Shown here: positions 15,201-27,926 of the stretch, piece after piece
How positions within the stretch are numbered: position 1 is the first letter of the stretch
Layout of the letters: each line of letters opens with the position of its first letter
Assembly (NCBI GenBank): GCA_964016885.1
Contig: OZ024752.1
Coordinates: 19,096,001-19,160,000 of the forward strand
Reading direction: 5' to 3'
DNA from: Eledone cirrhosa
Taxonomy: Eukaryota
Length of the DNA stretch: 64,000 bases
Program-made: the position numbers and the translations under genes
Notes under the pieces: generated by a model
What the model was told of the DNA's origin: nothing
Seen by the model: only the letters and a program-made list of their open reading frames with translations
Databases searched by the model: none

Positions 15201-15545
15201 TTGTGTAGCTGATGTACAGGTAAACTGGATTAACTGTACATTTGATGTACAGGTAAACTGGATTAACTGTACAGTTGATGTACAGGTAAACTGGATTAAC
15301 TGTACAGTTGATGTACAGGTAAACTGGATTAACTGTACAATTGATGTACAGGTAAACTGGATTAGTTGTTTAGTTGATGTACAGGTAAACTGGATTAGTT
15401 GTGTAGCTGATGTACAGATAAACTTGATTAGTTTTGTTGTGGATATACAGGTAAACTGGATTAGTTTTGTTGTGGATATACAGGTAAACTGGATTAGTTG
15501 TGTAACTGATGTACAGGTAAACTTAGTTGTGTAGCTGATGTACAA
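6241..15545. repeat. 33-bp satellite/minisatellite array, about 280 copies
   Basis: Consensus agttgatgtacaggtaaactggattaactgtac, with recurrent variants (..ttagttgtgt.., ..tacatttg.., ..gatgaacagg..). Confidence 0.98.
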
Positions 15546-16280
15546 CAATAAATCAAATAATTCCTGACTGTAAACAGCAGCAGTATTGTGGAATTAACAA
15601 TATTTCAATGTCTCGTAGCACTGAGTTCAGTTTCTCCGATAGCAAAGGCTTTATATAATAACCAGTTTTGTATCTCCTGGATCTACCCCTCATCTACGTA
15701 ACCCTTTTCATACCAATCTACCTGAAACCATCCAGAGTTCTATAATTTTTTTTTATATGAACAATTGTTGTAAAGTTTATTTCAAAATACTCAAATATAT
15801 TCCTAGGATAAAATTACATAAAAATAATAAACAATTTAATATTTAACCAAACATATGGAAAAAGAAAGTTGTATTGGGAAAGACTATAAATGCTATAAAT
15901 GGAGGAAAAGGGCAAGAATTGTTAGGCAATTGTTTTAAAGTATTTTTATTTATCTCAAACCTTTCCATCATAATTTTATGTAAGAAATTTCAAAGTCCAA
16001 ACACCAAATGAATAACGATAAATTCATTTTAATAAATTTCTCCAAATTCATGTTTATTTTCAAAATTATTTGAAAATCATAGGTTGTATCTTTTATTAGA
16101 AATATTCTAAAGGGTCAGTTCTATGAAAACTTAGAGATAAACACCAACCCTATGGATGCTTATATTCAGAACTGAAGGAACCCTTTTAGAATATTTTCTG
16201 CTCCTCTACAATCAGTGATATCTATTGTCTTCATAGGACTCATGAGATTATGGATCTACACCAGGAAAGTGTCTCTTTAA

Positions 16281-16478
16281 CCTCTTAACATTTACATTAC
16301 TCTATATATACTATTGTATTTTCGTGGTAAAGGCTTTATCTCACATAATATTGAATCTATGAGATTTTGATATTATTTATTTTGAGAACAATACCTTAAC
16401 ATCAGTATGAGCAGCCAGTTTGAACAAAAAGAGGTGAGAGAATTCTGACCAAATACAACCGGTTTATATGCTAAAGGG
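16281..16478 (+). mobile_element. piggyBac-type MITE (~200 bp)
   Basis: TTAA flanks on both sides; termini cc(t)cttaacatt / atgctaaaggg; several copies in the window. Confidence 0.7.
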
Positions 16479-16544
16479 TTAAATCATAAGATTAGGTGAG
16501 TTTTTTTTTATTGTTTTATGGTAGACCACCAGTAGCTCATGTGA

Positions 16545-18312
16545 CCAACATTGTCCAAGGGTCGGAACAGTTTGTTGTGACAGTCAATGTCACCAGAGAG
16601 TCGTAACAGTTTGTTGTGACAGGCAATGTCACCAGAGGATCAGAACAGTTTGTTGTGACAGTCAATGTCACCAGAGAGTCGTAACAGTTTGTTATGACAG
16701 GCAATGTCACCAGAGGATCAGAACAGTTTGTTGTGACAGTCAATGTCATCAGAGAGTCAGAACAGTTTGTTGTGACAGGCAATGTCACCAGAGGATCAGA
16801 ACAGTTTGTTGTGACAGTCAATGTCATCAGAGAGTCAGAACAGTTTGTTGTGACAGGCAATGTCACCAGAGGATCAGAACAGTTTGTTGTGACAGTCAAT
16901 GTCATCAGAGAGTCAGAACAGTTTGTTGTGACAGGCAATGTCACCAGAGGATCAGAACAGTTTGTTGTGACAGTCAATGTCACCAGAGAGTCGGAACAGT
17001 TTGTTGTGACAGGCAATGTCATCAGAGAGTCAGAACAGTTTGTTGTGACAGGCAATGTCATCAGAGAGTCAGAACAGTTTGTTGTGACAGGCAATGTCAC
17101 CAGAGGATCAGAACAGTTTGTTGTGACAGTCAATGTCACCAGAGAGTCGGAACAGTTTGTTGTGACAGGCAATGTCATCAGAGGATCAGAACAGTTTGTT
17201 GTGACAGTCAATGTCACCAGAGGATCAGAACAGTTTTTTGTGACAGTCAATGTCATCAGAGGATCAGAACAGTTTGTTGTGACAGGCAATGTCATCAGAG
17301 AGTCAGAACAGTTTGTTGTGACAGGCAATGTCACCAGAGGATCAGAACAGTTTGTTGTGACAGGCAATGTCATCAGAGAGTTGGAACAGTTTGTTGTGAC
17401 AGTCAATGTCACCAGAGAGTCGGAACAGTTTGTTGTGACAGGCAATGTCACCAGAGAGTCGGAACAGTTTGTTGTGACAGGCAATGTCATCAGAGACTTG
17501 GAACAGTTTGTTGTGACAGGCAATGTCATCAGAGAGTTGGAACAGTTTGTTGTGACAGTCAATGTCACCAGAGAGTCGGAACAGTTTGTTGTGACAGGCA
17601 ATGTCACCAGAGGATCAGAACAGTTTGTTGTGACAGTCAATGTCACCAGAGAGTCGGAACAGTTTGTTGTGACAGGCAATGTCATCAGAGGATCAGAACA
17701 GTTTGTTGTGACAGTCAATGTCACCAGAGGATCAGAACAGTTTTTTGTGACAGTCAATGTCATCAGAGGATCAGAACAGTTTGTTGTGACAGGCAATGTC
17801 ATCAGAGAGTCAGAACAGTTTGTTGTGACAGGCAATGTCACCAGAGGATCAGAACAGTTTGTTGTGACAGGCAATGTCATCAGAGAGTTGGAACAGTTTG
17901 TTGTGACAGTCAATGTCACCAGAGAGTCAGAACAGTTTGTTGTGACAGGCAATGTCACCAGAGAGTCGGAACAGTTTGTTGTGACAGGCAATGTCATCAG
18001 AGACTTGGAACAGTTTGTTGTGACAGGCAATGTCATCAGAGAGTTGGAACAGTTTGTTGTGACAGTCAATGTCACCAGAGAGTCGGAACAGTTTGTTGTG
18101 ACAGGCAATGTCACCAGAGAGTCGGAACAGTTTGTTGTGACAGGCAATGTCATCAGAGACTTGGAACAGTTTGTTGTGACAGGCAATGTCACCAGAGGAT
18201 CAGAACAATTTGTTGTGACAGGCAATGTCATCAGAGACTCGGAACAGTTTGTTGTGACAGGCAATGTCACCAGAGGATCAGAACAATTTGTTGTGACAGC
18301 AATGTCATCAGA
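16545..18312. repeat. 39-bp tandem repeat, about 45 copies, with a 13-unit higher-order duplication
   Basis: Unit gaacagtttgttgtgacaggcaatgtcaccagaggatca; the rare 'tttttt' variant recurs 507 bp apart (17231, 17738). Confidence 0.95.
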
Positions 18313-18785
18313 AGCAAAAGAGCTGGAGCAGTTATCACAATATAAAAGGAAGCATTGTTGATTCTGATAAGATTTCACCACAGAGTACAGACAGTCTGCA
18401 AGATATTCTCTCCAATGTTCTCTGTTCAATTAACTCTGCCAATTCATAATACTATTGTTTGTAATCATCACCGTTTAATGTCCATTTTTCCAAACTAGCA
18501 TGGGTTAAATGAGTTGTCCTGTTGTGAGAAATTCTAGGTTAGGTGACCATGACTTGTTCATACAGAACTGATTTGGCTTGGCTTCTACAGCTGGATACCC
18601 TTCCTAATGCCAACCTCATTTACAGTGTTTACTGGGTGCTTTTTGTCGTGACAACTACACGACCCCATTGCAGTGTGGGCTGGAGGCTTCACTAGATGTA
18701 TACTTCAGCCTGTCTTTCTTTATCTTTAATATTAAACCAGTGAAATATTTCACTAAACTTATCACAGCTAATCACATCATAATTC

Positions 18786-18988
18786 ATCTCTAGGGTCTAG
18801 CTAAGAATTAAATAGAAAATCAAAATGTACCCCTATTTAATGTTTAGAGATATATGGCAGTGAGATAAGTTATCTCTAGGGTGTAGCAAAGAATTAAATA
18901 GAAAATCAAAATGTGCCCCTATTTAATGTTTAGAGATATATGGCAGTGAGATAAGTTATCTCTAGGGTGTAGCAAAGAATTAAATAGC
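18786..18988. repeat. Local tandem duplication, ~85-90 bp unit, ~2.3 copies
   Basis: atctctagggt..agaattaaatagaaaatcaaaatgt..gagataagtt repeated. Confidence 0.8.
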
Positions 18989-19531
18989 CAATTAAAAGAC
19001 ACCTTAACTAATATAGTAAGGAGATAATTAATCAAACAATCTAAGTTTCATTGACAGCCAGCTAAGAAATTATAGATTCAGAGAATCTTAAAAGTAACAC
19101 AAGTGAAATTAATGTTTTGTCTCTTACTCCACAGGATAGCATTTGGCTTATCTCAGATGGTGTGACTCCGGGTAGACCAGTAATACGATTGGTAGGGGTC
19201 AAAACTACCAAAGTTCCTCCTGAAGTAAAGGCTAGAGGAACCTTGTAAAGTCTTAATATGTGGAGAGACGGAGAAATCAGGCATTGCTGATCATTTGTAA
19301 AGGGAAACAGGAATCATAAAGGGAAATGGGAATCATAAAGGAAAATGGGAATCACCAACAATTGTGAAACAAAGTGAAGACGATAGGAAACATCATTGTA
19401 AAAAGAAGATAATTGAAAGAATCAGTAAATTAGCTGTGATAACCTCGTCAGTTGGTCTAGTGGTGCGGTGTGTGAACACCATTGGGAATCTTTAATTAAG
19501 TAAGACCATGTTTTTAAAAAGGTTAGGTTAA

Positions 19532-20100
19532 CCCTTTAGCATTCACATGGAGGCACATGGCTTAGTGGTTAGAGAATTGGCCTTGCAATCGAAAGGTTGT
19601 AAGTTCAGTTCTCAGACCGGGTGATATGTTGTTTCCTTGAGCAAGACACTTTATTTCACATTGCTCCAGTTTACTCAGCTGTAGAAATGAGATGATAGGG
19701 ACTGGGGTCCATATCATTCTACTGTAAAGTGGTCGTGGAGGTGCCACGGCAAAAAAATCACCCAGCACTCACTGTAAATGAGGTTGGTGTTAGGAAGGGC
19801 ATCCAGCTGTAGAAATCAAGTCAGCATCAGTTCCCGTCCCACCCTTGCAAGCAGGGAAAAAGCGGACGTAAAATGAAATGATGTTGATGATGATGATGAA
19901 TGATGATTACTCTATATATATTATTGTATTTTTGTAGTAAACACTTTATCTTATATAATCATTCGAATCTATGAGATTTTGATGTTATTTATTTTGAGAA
20001 CAATGCCTCAACATCAGTATTAATGGCCAGTTACAGCCAGTTTGAACAGAAAGATGTGAGACATTTCTGGCCAGATACGGCTGGTTTGAATGCTAAAGGG
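19532..20100 (+). mobile_element. piggyBac-type MITE with a nested family 2 SINE (~19550-19900)
   Basis: TTAA-ccctttagcatt ... aatgctaaaggg-TTAA. The MITE body resumes at ~19907 after the SINE's (gat)n tail. Confidence 0.75.
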
Positions 20101-20214
20101 TTAAAGCTCCTAATTTCCATCACACAGTTGATCTACAGAACAATAGCTTAATTAATATAATTATTGTTAATTAAATGTTAAGTAAACTAATCATAGCTTC
20201 AATACAATGGATAT

Positions 20215-20830
20215 GTGGTTAGAATATATAAGAAAAGAATCACAGGATTGATTTTATGGGCAAAACCAAGTGGCAGGAGACCCAGGGGTAGACCCCGAGC
20301 TAGATGGTTGGATAAGATCCATAAACTTAGCTTGTCTAACTTGGGGATCCAGTCAAATCAGCTGAAGATGGTTGCTTCTGCCAGAACCCACTGGAAGGAG
20401 TCTTTGAGGACTCTGACCCCATGACCTTCTCAGGAATAAGGGGTGAAGAGGAAATATACTAATCTACTTGCTGATTATGTGTCCAATCCCTGTGTTAGTG
20501 TGTAATATATATATATTATCATCATTTTTATATCTGCTTTTCCATGCTTGCATGGGTTGGATGGGTCCTTCTCGGCAAGGCATCTCTCCACACGTCGTGA
20601 TCCTTTGTCATCTGTGTGAGTCTCAGTGATTTGAGGTCAACTCTCACAACTTCTGCCCAGGTCTTTCTTGGTCTACTGCAGCTTCCTGGCATTTCTTCAC
20701 CCAACCAACTGGCATCTCCTGTCACTTCTTCATCCAACGATCATTATCTATGCACATCACATGTCCATACCAATGTAGTCTTCTCTCCTGCACACTACCT
20801 CGAATTCCTCTTAAACCCAGCTTCTCCTTC
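20215..20830. mobile_element. Two RTE-clade LINE 3' fragments in opposite orientation
   Basis: GRRPRGRPRARWLDKI (+, 20215..20424) and SRPRKTWAEVVRVDL (-, 20528..20737) are typical RTE ORF2 C-termini. Confidence 0.65.
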
Positions 20831-21049
20831 AACTCAGCCAAGCTCTGTCTCTCTCTCTCACACTAGAGTATATACACACACACACACTCAAGTTTAAACA
20901 AAAATTAAGCAACATCAAATGTAACTAATATAAGGATAAACTAACCCCACCCTTTCCTTTGGTTTGACTATAACGTTTATTTGACGAGACGTATCTAAAC
21001 ATGACAGATATCTGGAGCATGGAGAGTACAGTAGCTGAAACATAATAAT

Positions 21050-21266
21050 AATTGTTTCTACTTTAGGCTTAAGGTCAGCAATTTGGGGGGAAGGGAAAGT
21101 CTATCAAATCGACCCCAATGCATTACTGGTGCTTTATTTTATTGACCCCGTAAGCATAAAAGGCAAAGCTAACCATGGCAGGATTTGAACTCAGAATGTA
21201 AAGGACCGTAACTCTAAGCCTTGAAGCTTGGTGTCTGGCGCTCTACTGATGCTGCCAATCCACCAC
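21050..21266 (-). mobile_element. Family 1 SINE
   Basis: Reverse complement of the family 1 consensus. Confidence 0.75.
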
Positions 21267-21546
21267 CATAATAACAATAATGATAATAATAATAATAATG
21301 ATTTCTTTATTACCCACAAGGGTTTACATAAGGTAGACATTAAGGACAGTACAGGACGGTACAAATGGGCATTTCTGCGTGTAAAAAACAAAAACAGAGG
21401 ATGTAACAAAAAAATAACAATGAAAAATTCCCCAATAGGGGGGGGGGGGGGGACTTCGGAGGGACATTTGTGGAGAAAGCCCATTAAAAGGCTACAGTGA
21501 CCCTGACCACCAAGGCAAGTGCCCTTCCCAGTTTTCCACCTTTAAT

Positions 21547-23710
21547 TTACAGACACATACTCAGAGTAGGCTCATTCACTCGAGCCATTCTTGCTTCTCT
21601 CACCCATCTTTCAACAAAATGCTGGGAAGAGAGCACTTCCCTCTCTACTCTGATTTTCCTTTTCAAATGAAATTTGAAAAAGTCAATCAGGGCATCACCG
21701 AAGAGGTAAGTGCTCGTCTTCAGCCCTTTCAAACGTGTCCACCATACTATCTCTTTCGCCATGGCCACCAGACAGATAAAAAGTGCCTGCCCTTCCCGGC
21801 TAAATGTTGAACGGTTCCGAAAGGTGACCGTTCACTCTCACCACAGAGCAGATGTCGCTGTGCATGGCAGCGATCCAGCCTCTGAAGACGGGCCCAAAGC
21901 CAGCCGCCCTCACGACTGCCACTAGGTAACGATGGTCGACCCTATCGAAAGCTTTCGACTGATTAAATTGATCAAGGACCCACCCATGCCAGGTTCCCTA
22001 GCTACCCTCTCTACGATGTATCGCATGAGGTGGAGGTTGTCGTGGATGGATGTGTCGGGAATGGCGCATGTCTGCGCCTCTCCCACCAGACCACCATCGT
22101 CAAGCGCCAACCTCTTTGCTAGCACCTTGGCCAAAATCTTGAACTCTGTGTTTAGCAGAGTTATGGGCCTGAAATTATCTATGTTATCCCCCTTGTTCGG
22201 ATCCTTTCTCAGCAGCGCCACCGCTCCTCGGCTCACAGAGCTGGGAATTCTCCCGTTCTGTTGCCAGTTGCAGTAGACGTCCGCCAAGAGGCCTCCGAAG
22301 AAGTCTGGCATTTGTACGTAAAGTTCATAGGGCAGACCATCCAAACCAGGCGATTTACCCCTCGTGCAGCCAGTCATTGCCTCCCGTACTTCAGCGGCTG
22401 TTATCGGCTTTTCGCAACACTCCACCTCAGTGGCCGAGAACCGCGGCAGTCCGTCGAGGTAGACACTAAAGTCCATCCCTCGATCCGGCCCGCCGCTGCT
22501 CCCGAAGAGTTGAGCGAAGTGTCGCTGAAAAGCTTCACACATTTGCCCGGGATCGAGTGGAATGCGCCCGTCGTGGTCCACCAAAGACCAGATCGTGGCT
22601 TTGTTGCCACGACGCGCCTCCGCCACTCGGGCCCATTGAATGGCTTTCGTCCCCTCGTGTCTGAGAGCACCCTAGTTCTGACAATGCAGCCTTCGTGCTT
22701 TGCATTGAAGAATTGGTCAAGGGCCAATTTCGCCGCAAGTACGTCGGTCGGGATGCCTTTGCTAAGCGCCTCGTCTAATTTTCTAACTAGTTCTCCCTCT
22801 GCTCTATTTTTCTCTATAGCTAAAGCCTTACTAAACCTAATGGACTCTATTCTAATTGCTCTTTTCAGAGCAAACCACCACTTGTTGTTGACGATGGCCC
22901 TCTTCAATGCTCGCTTAACTAGTTTGCTAATCCGGTCTCTGTAGGCCTTGCGCGCTGGTAAGGACGCGTTTAGCTTCTAGTAGCCGGGTCCTCGTCTATG
23001 AAGCCTATCGAAGTCAAGCACACAGATCATGAATTTGTGGTCCGTGTAGCTGACTATCTTGAATTGTGGACAGCCTATGCTAGACCTATCTATTTCCTAC
23101 AAAATACTCTATCTAGATATGATCTGGATGACCCGATGCGATTTGTCCAAGTCCACATTGGCACATTCAGGAAATCCAATCAGTACCTGTCAGACAGTTC
23201 AAAACGCCTGAGCAGGTTGGTAAGGCTCTTGCACCCTCCCCCCCTATCCGCTATACCCACACAGTCCCAGCGTGCATCTAAGATCCCGTTCCAGTCGCCC
23301 ACAAACACTAAAGAGTGGGACGTTCCTAGAAAGGTCTCCAGACGCCGGAAGAAATCAGGCCGCCCTGCTCCTGTAGGGGCATAGACGGCCTCTAGCCTGA
23401 AAGTTTGCCCTTCTCCGCTGGTCACGTCCAGCACCACCAACTTACCTTCTGGGAAGATGGCCCATATGGCGAGATCCAAACCTCTCCGAAAAAGCACAGC
23501 AACTCCTCTCCCCGAACCAGGACGGCTGGGAGATGCGTACACATCGTAGCCGCCGAAGATCGGTGCGAAGGCCTGTGCTTCGGAGATTCTGGTCTCGCTG
23601 ATGGCCACTACATCTATGTTTAGTGACCTGAGGTCGTTGAGCAGGTGGCCCTGCTTCCATGACGACCCCACGCCACGCGCATTTATGCTGCCTATTCTGA
23701 GTGAGGTCAT
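21547..23710 (-). pseudogene. Tx1-type ORF2 (APE endonuclease + reverse transcriptase), with stops, frameshifts and an internal deletion
   Basis: IGSINARG, ISETR, VYAP, GDWN (APE); KSPGLDG, FRPITLLNTEFKILAKVLA (RT N-terminus). The RT core YADD region is missing. Confidence 0.9.
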
Positions 23711-25890
23711 GTTGAAATTGAGTGGAAAAGATGGGAAAGACCACTTACTTCTTCTCGCAGAGGAAGGATGGTTTCACCATCCCTTTTCACTTGATCGTCT
23801 GGTGAAGGGACCGTTGAATCGCCCCTTCGGCTGGTCGTCGGCTCTTCTGTGAGTATATCTGAATATACCCTCCGGTTGAGTGTCCCTCCTAGGTCTCTGA
23901 AATCACCAACTGCGTTAGGGAATTTCGTTTTAATGTTTGTGTATTGTTTCTGTGCTATTTTTACCAGTCTTATGTTCGTTGGTGTTTTGATTGGTGCTGG
24001 TATTATGTAGTCGTGCTGTGAAATGTCTGTGTGTTCAATTATGTAAGTCATTAATTTCTTGTTGTGTGTATTTATTGCTGTGCATTTGTTTTTCTGGGGG
24101 TGAGGTGTGGTTCTGCTATTTTCTTGTTGTTGGTGGGTGTGTGTGTTTTGTTGTGTTTGCGATGTTTGTGGTGGTGGTGTTGAAGGTGTTGTTGTTGTTG
24201 GCGGTGGGGTTGGTGATGGTGGTGCTAGTGTGGGTGGTGATGGTGTTGGTGGTGTTGCTGCTGTAAGTCTTATTGCAGTAGCCTTTACTCTTTTTTTGTT
24301 TCTTTCCTCCCTTTTCGAAGGCGACGATGCGCTGCTTCTGCGTTTGTGCCTTCTTGCGACCTTTTGCCATCCCTCTCCCACCTAACACTCCATGTCCGAT
24401 TCTGTGAGGTCGGGGAGGGGTAGCAGCTCCACTCTTTCACTTGTTGTTGTTGGTGATGTTTGCAGTGGAGTCTCTGTTGCAGCTGCAGTTGGTATTGCTG
24501 TTGTTGTTGTTAATACTTCCACTACTGCTGCTGTTCTTGATTTCTGTGGCGTGGGTATGGGCGCCACAGACCTATTCTTCCTGGTTGCCGCCTGTCCTGT
24601 TGCTGGTAGCAGTGGAGCCGGTTTCGGAAGGAGGGGGTTTTTCTCCTTTCTCAGGGTGTTCTCATTGCAGAAGGCCCTGAGGTGAGTCTTCGATCCACAG
24701 CGAAAGCATTTCGGGCGTTTGCCCTCAACACTTACGGGCAGTTGAGTGCCGTTATCGAAGTCTATCACATCCGGGATAGCTTCGATGCACTCCTGGTTGG
24801 TTTGGATTAACATCTCAATGGAGATGCCGACCCAATCTTCTCGTACTTTTTTCTGTACTTGCAGTACAGTTGTTTTGTCCTCGATTCCGACGAGGACAGA
24901 CGCGGCCAGCCAAGAAGGGGCCATCCCGGGGGGGACGTGGGTCAGTTTGACCCTCACAATTTTTTGTCCGCAGTAGGAGGGCACAAACACCATTTCCTTG
25001 CTCCTTAGGGTCACTAAGGATTGAGCCTTTGCCTCCTGGGGTGTGGCAAAAAGCATGTCCACGGTGGCATATTTCTTGCCTCGGGTGATATGCGTTTTCC
25101 GCTGCCACACAGACCCTAAGGCTTTTTGTATTTGAGCCTCTGTGGCCCTTTCAACCCTACGGGATTTTGTGCTTGCTGTACGGTACGTGACTGTACAGTG
25201 CTGTTGGGTTTCTAAAAAATTTTCGGCTGACTTGCAGATTGCTCGGTGTCCGGTTTTCATCACCATCTTCTTTGCTTCCTGTAATTCCTCATTTGTTATA
25301 AGGATGGTTTCCAGTTTCTTTGCGATACCTGCAAACGAGATTAGTTTTTCTTTGTTGTTGTTGGTGTTGTCGTCGTCAGAGCTGCTGTTACTTTTGTTGT
25401 TGCTGCTGGTATTACGACTGCCGCCGCCGCTGTTGCTGTGGTTGTTGTTGTTGCTGCTGCTGTTGTTGCTGTTGCTGCTAATGCTGTTGTTGTTTATGCT
25501 GCTGCTGATGCTGTTGTGGCTGCTACTGTTGTTTTCCTTGTCACTGTTGCTGCTGCTGCTGTTATTACGGCTGCTACTGCTATTATTCATGACGTCAGAC
25601 GAATGAAATGGGTTTCCGTATTTACCACACACCTTTTTCGTCGTTGTCGTCGTCGTGGAGAAATGTTCCACGTTTTGCACGTGATTTTGGAAACTATTTT
25701 TCTTTACTGCCGTCACTTGCGAAAGAGAAGGGAGAGAGAGAGACACATTTAGAGAAGGGAGGGAGAGAGACAATCTTCTCTCTGGTGTAGTGACGATTGA
25801 GGAAGAAGAAGACAGAATGAGTGCGAGTGACTTGTGAAAATTCTTTTTTGTAGCCATGTTTTTTTGGGGTTTAAAATAAATATTAGGCAC
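23707..25890 (-). pseudogene. Tx1-type ORF1 (gag-like), split by one in-frame TAG at 24382-24384
   Basis: ORFs 24382..25890 and 23707..24381 are contiguous in one frame; CFRCGSKTHLRAFC zinc knuckle; N/S-rich and P/T-rich low-complexity tracts. Confidence 0.8.
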
Positions 25891-26829
25891 AAAACCCCAA
25901 TAAGCGGTTATTTAACCCCGAAGGGCCAAATAACGGGCAGAAAGACCCCTCCCATGAGGAGGAGGGTGTTTTTGTCTACAATTTGGTTAAAGTTTTAAAC
26001 AATTTACAATTGTTATAGCGGTTAAAATTTACAATACCTTACAGAGCCAAGCCTCCGTCAACCATGGCATTTAATAATAATAATAATAATAGGTGATCTA
26101 AGAATGATAAAAAATCACACAAACAAATACATAACCCAAATATATACAGCATACAAAAGATAGCACTACAAGGCTCTACATACATATTATGAAAAGTACT
26201 ATCAATAATACTATAGAAACATCAGCAAAAACTACACTGCTCATACCCAAGGAGCACAGAGCTGTGCTCGGTAAAGCATTAATGATGTGAAATAAAAATA
26301 ATAATAATGTTATTCCATATAATCTCTGATCTCTTGTCTCAGAATATATCTGAATTCATAAAATAAATATTACTGTTTTTTCTTTCTCATTTTATTGCCC
26401 CAATCTTCAAAGAATGTGTGTCAGAGCTTTGGAAACAATCCCAACTCTCAGATTGGGCAAGCAGTGGAAATTCATATTATTTCTTTTGAAATAGATACCA
26501 ATTTTTTTGTAGGTTACGTTTTGTGTAAGTTAAGAATACAGGTCTCTAAAAATATAAATTAAGAAAAAAGAAAATGTATTGCTGCGACTGAAGACTGACT
26601 GTTCTCATATATATTTTATAGCATGTTAACTGCTAAGGGTATTAGCAGTATATAGAAGCCCAAATGGCTCATAACCAGCTGTTGGGATTTGGCAATTGAT
26701 ACTATATCTATAAATTTAAAACTGAATAACATTGAACAACAAATTACATCTCTTTGGTTTTTAATGATTTTTAATGAATTTTAATGATTCTTCATTTCCT
26801 TTATTATTAAAGAAGTATTAAAGTTATAA

Positions 26830-27032
26830 AGGGGTTGGATTAGCAGTATTGGTAGAGGGCCGGATGCCATGCTTTGCAACATGGAGTTACGGCCCTTTAC
26901 AGTCTGAGTTCAAATCCTGCCGAGGATAATTTTGTCTTTCATCCATTGTCTTTCATTACGGGGTCGATAAAATAAAGTACCAGTAATGAACTGGGGTAAT
27001 TGCTGGCCTTGTGCCATAAGTAGAAACAATTA
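26830..27032 (+). mobile_element. Family 1 SINE
   Basis: Consensus head, core and tail present. Confidence 0.75.
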
Positions 27033-27064
27033 TTCAAGAAGTATAAATATTCTCTCTCTCACTA

Positions 27065-27259
27065 TATATATATATGTATATATATGTATACATATACACA
27101 CCTTAACACCTATATATATGTATATATACATATACACACCTTAACACCTATATATATATGTATACATATACACACCTTAACACCTATATATATATATATG
27201 TATATATATACACACCTTAACACCTATATATATGTATACATATACACACCTTAACACCT

Positions 27260-27294
<35 letters not shown>

Positions 27295-27712
27295 CACACC
27301 TTAACACCTATATATATATGTATATATACATATACACACCTTAACACCTATATATATATATGTATACATATACACACCTTAACACCTATATATATATATG
27401 TATACATATACACACCTTAACACCTATATATATATGTATACATATACACACCTTAACACCTATATTTATATATGTATACATATACACACCTTAACACCTA
27501 TATATATATATGTATACATATACACACCTTAACACCTATATATATATGTATACATATACACACCTTAACACCTATATATATATATGTATACATATACACA
27601 CCTTAACACCTATATATATATATGTATACATATACACACCTTAACACCTATATATATATGTATACATATACACACCTTAACACCTATGTATATATATAGG
27701 TGTTAAGGTGTG
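27065..27712. repeat. Minisatellite: (TA)n-variable spacer + CACACCTTAACACCTA, about 16 copies, ending in one inverted copy
   Basis: Directly visible; inverted TAGGTGTTAAGGTGTG at ~27697-27712. Confidence 0.9.
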
Positions 27713-27926
27713 CAAGTTAATTGCATCCATAGGCAGTATGCCGAATGAACACTCGATGCTCTTGGGGAGCAGAGTATTAATATATAAAGGAACAAAGAAT
27801 ATTATTACATATGTTCCACTGTCGATCAGCTCGAGGAACCATCTATTAATGATCGAACCTGACTCTGGAATCGCAAGCTCCTCAGATCTACATGTTAAAA
27901 TATATCTGAGGAGCTTCCGATTCTTT

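Larger units (their letters stand above)
21285..26070 (-). mobile_element. Tx1/L1-clade non-LTR retrotransposon, near full-length 5' end, decayed ORF2
   Basis: ORF1 with a CCHC knuckle; ORF2 with APE endonuclease and RT motifs; AATAAA followed by an (ATT)n tail at the 3' end; (AAT)n at both flanks. Confidence 0.9.

Noticed and set aside
8011-15548. 2048-aa and other long ORFs in the 33-bp array
   Set aside because: Produced by a stop-free 33-bp unit. Frames shift and stop within the array, and there is no unique N- or C-terminal domain.
6241-18312. CRISPR-like appearance of regular repeats
   Set aside because: Head-to-tail repeats without unique spacers; eukaryotic context; no cas genes.
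16537-18429. Mucin/antifreeze-like Thr-rich 630-aa ORF and its antisense 555-aa ORF
   Set aside because: Both strands are open because of the 39-bp periodicity; no signal peptide or splice support.
19136-19248. Possible exon after a good acceptor (ctccacag|gatagc..)
   Set aside because: Translation shows no P3H similarity and the donor is uncertain.
26390-26490. KECVSELW peptide faintly resembling the P3H N-terminal region
   Set aside because: Similarity too short, in-frame stop soon after, and no convincing GT donor.
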